This document shows, piece by piece, positions 62,340 through 64,000 of a stretch of 64,000 nt of DNA. The notes under the pieces were generated by a model. It was not told the DNA's origin. It saw only the letters and a program-made list of their open reading frames with translations, and did no database searches. The stretch's first letter is position 1, and each line of letters opens with the position of its first letter. The translations under genes and the position numbers were made by a program. Source of the DNA: Gloeobacterales cyanobacterium (GTDB lineage: Bacteria; Cyanobacteriota; Cyanobacteriia; Gloeobacterales; PMM-0068); the NCBI GenBank assembly GCA_038245785.1, contig JBBRSB010000005.1, positions 64,001 to 128,000 of the forward strand. Reading direction: 5' to 3'.

Positions 62340-62673
62340 GAAAATGACCAATAAACGCCAATATGCTGATACGTATATTAACTTTACATATATGGATCCT
62401 TCAGTATTTCTCTATACATATGACTTTTCTACCTGTTCATAAAAACCTGGCACTGTGCTCAAAGCAAGTCCAAACAAGAATTTGTACAGGCTACTTACTC
62501 CATGGAGTCTCCAGATAAAGAGCGAGCCGACTTTGCCTGCAGCTCAATCAGCTATTTGCCTTTTTGGCTCAAAGTTTGGTACCCTTATCACTTGTGCTCT
62601 GAAAGGCACAATTATTGTGTCCCGATGGGCAGCACAGCGTTAAGCTTGTGCAACTTGCAGGAGAATGCAGCGC

Positions 62674-63135
62674 ATGTCAGCAGTAGAAAAGACCGTACTC
62701 ACGACGGAAAAAACGGTCGTTAAAGATTGGTATGTACTTGACGCGGAAGGGCAACGCCTAGGCCGTTTGGCTACGGTTGCGGCCAATCTTCTGCGCGGGA
62801 AGCACAAGCCTACCTTCGCCAACGATGTCGATTCGGGAGATTTCGTAGTAGTGATCAACGCCGAAAAGGTCGTGGTCACAGGCAAAAAAATCGACCAAAA
62901 GGTCTACTATCGTCACTCCGGCAGACCCGGTGGGATGAAGATGGAGACCTTCAGGAACTTACAACGTCGTTTGCCCGAAAGAATTGTGGAAAAAGCGATC
63001 AAGGGTATGATTCCCCACACTCGCCTAGGCCGTCAGCAGTACACAAAACTGAAAGTCTATAAAGGGGCTGAGCATCCCCACCAGGCGCAACAACCCAAAT
63101 CCTATGCGTTGAATACAAGCGGAGAAAATTCATGA
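62674..63135 (+). CDS. rplM: 50S ribosomal protein L13
   Basis: WYVLDA...LGRLA...[27 protein letters not shown] 62674 fits RBS GGAGA spacing better than 62665. Confidence 0.98.
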   Translation: MSAVEKTVLTTEKTVVKDWYVLDAEGQRLGRLATVAANLLRGKHKPTFANDVDSGDFVVVINAEKVVVTGKKIDQKVYYRHSGRPGGMKMETFRNLQRRLPERIVEKAIKGMIPHTRLGRQQYTKLKVYKGAEHPHQAQQPKSYALNTSGENS

Positions 63136-63530
63136 GTGGCCCTGTGTACTACTGGGGAACGGGACGGCGCAAAAATTCAGTTGCCCGCGTTCGTTTGACC
63201 CCTGGTGAAGGAAATATCACCATCAATGACCGTACTGGCGTGGATTACCTCAATACTAGTCAGAGACTTTTGATGGCGGTCCGTCAGCCTTTAGAAACTT
63301 TGGGCTTGGAAAATCAGTACGACTTACTGGTCAATGCCCATGGTGGTGGTCTTTCTGGTCAGGCAGGCGCTATTCGTCAAGGAATAGCTCGTGCTCTATG
63401 CGAATTGAGTCCAGAAAATCATAAGCCTCTCAAAGTGGAAGGCTACTTGACTCGAGATGCTAGAACAGTAGAGAGGAAGAAGTACGGTCTCAAAAAAGCC
63501 CGCAAAGCTTCTCAGTTCTCCAAGCGTTAA
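63132..63530 (+). CDS. rpsI: 30S ribosomal protein S9
   Basis: [41 protein letters not shown]. Confidence 0.99.
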   Translation: MSGPVYYWGTGRRKNSVARVRLTPGEGNITINDRTGVDYLNTSQRLLMAVRQPLETLGLENQYDLLVNAHGGGLSGQAGAIRQGIARALCELSPENHKPLKVEGYLTRDARTVERKKYGLKKARKASQFSKR

Positions 63531-63562
63531 TCGCGTTTACTTATTTAAGGTGTAAAAACGCC

Positions 63563-63784
63563 ATGCCGAAGCAAGACATCCATCCAAAGTACGAAGAGAC
63601 CACGATTGTTTGTGGTTGTGGGACTCAGTACAAAACCCGTTCTACGCGCAAGACGGCGAATGGGATTATTCAGACGGAAATTTGCTCTGCCTGCCATCCC
63701 TTTTTCACAGGTCAGCAAAAGCTTGTGGATACGGAAGGACGGGTTGACCGCTTCCTGAAGAAATACAGCATGAAGTCAAAGTAA
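63563..63784 (+). CDS. rpmE: 50S ribosomal protein L31 (four-Cys type)
   Basis: [10 protein letters not shown]...CGCG...[20 protein letters not shown]. Confidence 0.97.
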   Translation: MPKQDIHPKYEETTIVCGCGTQYKTRSTRKTANGIIQTEICSACHPFFTGQQKLVDTEGRVDRFLKKYSMKSK

Positions 63785-63807
63785 GACCTCTTGTTGCATC
63801 AGCTACG

Positions 63808-63843
63808 AAAACGCTCCTAGGTACGGTACCTAGGGGCGTTTTT
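63808..63843 (+). terminator. intrinsic terminator of rplM-rpsI-rpmE
   Basis: AAAACGCTCCTAGGTAC-G-GTACCTAGGGGCGTTTTT. Confidence 0.85.
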
Positions 63844-63885
63844 AGCATTCGAGGTATAGGTTTCTTACGCACTTAAAGAGCGACC

Positions 63886-63939
63886 TTGACATTTAAGCAA
63901 ATGCTTATCTATCATGTTATTAGTTAAGCAAATGCTTAA
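63886..63939 (+). promoter_or_regulatory. sigma70-type promoter with two palindromic operators
   Basis: TTGACA (63886-63891), N18, TATCAT (63910-63915); TAAGCAAATGCTTA at 63894-63907 and 63925-63938. Confidence 0.7.
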
Positions 63940-63981
63940 GTATGGTCTGACGGCCTTTATCGAATCCATTGGAGATCTTTT

Positions 63982-64000
63982 ATGTTAAGTCAACCTGCAT
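63982..64000 (+). CDS. probable 5' start of a gene continuing beyond the window
   Basis: GGAG at 63971, ATG at 63982 (MLSQPA...), downstream of the promoter. Confidence 0.45.

Overview
64 kb of a cyanobacterial chromosome. It carries ycf3, rbcR, crtO, the atp1-atpIHGFD cluster, minCDE, the 2-OG decarboxylase/SSADH TCA bypass and a DXCF cyanobacteriochrome. Several divergent core proteins (four-Cys L31, divergent subunit c and Ycf3, split atp and ribosomal clusters, no HIP1 octamers noticed) suggest an early-branching, Gloeobacterales-like lineage; this is inference only. The window is mostly housekeeping genes with accessory modules: an AbrB-VapC toxin-antitoxin pair, a Fur-box-preceded multicopper oxidase/lipoprotein/FTR1 iron-uptake locus, a four-gene minor type IV pilin cluster with an 841-aa PilX-like protein, a MarR/RND efflux locus, a tandem SPFH pair and a SWIM-SNF2 helicase. 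There are also several gene remnants and a small MITE-like repeat family. The most unusual items are (1) an ATP synthase c subunit with a cleavable-looking Sec signal peptide, (2) an atp operon broken after delta exactly at a MITE-like element, and (3) a four-GAF bilin photoreceptor with no signalling output domain, only a disordered N-terminus and a repetitive coiled-coil tail. I recognised no rRNA, tRNA, CRISPR array, transposase or prophage. All calls come from motif recognition by eye; no database searches were run.
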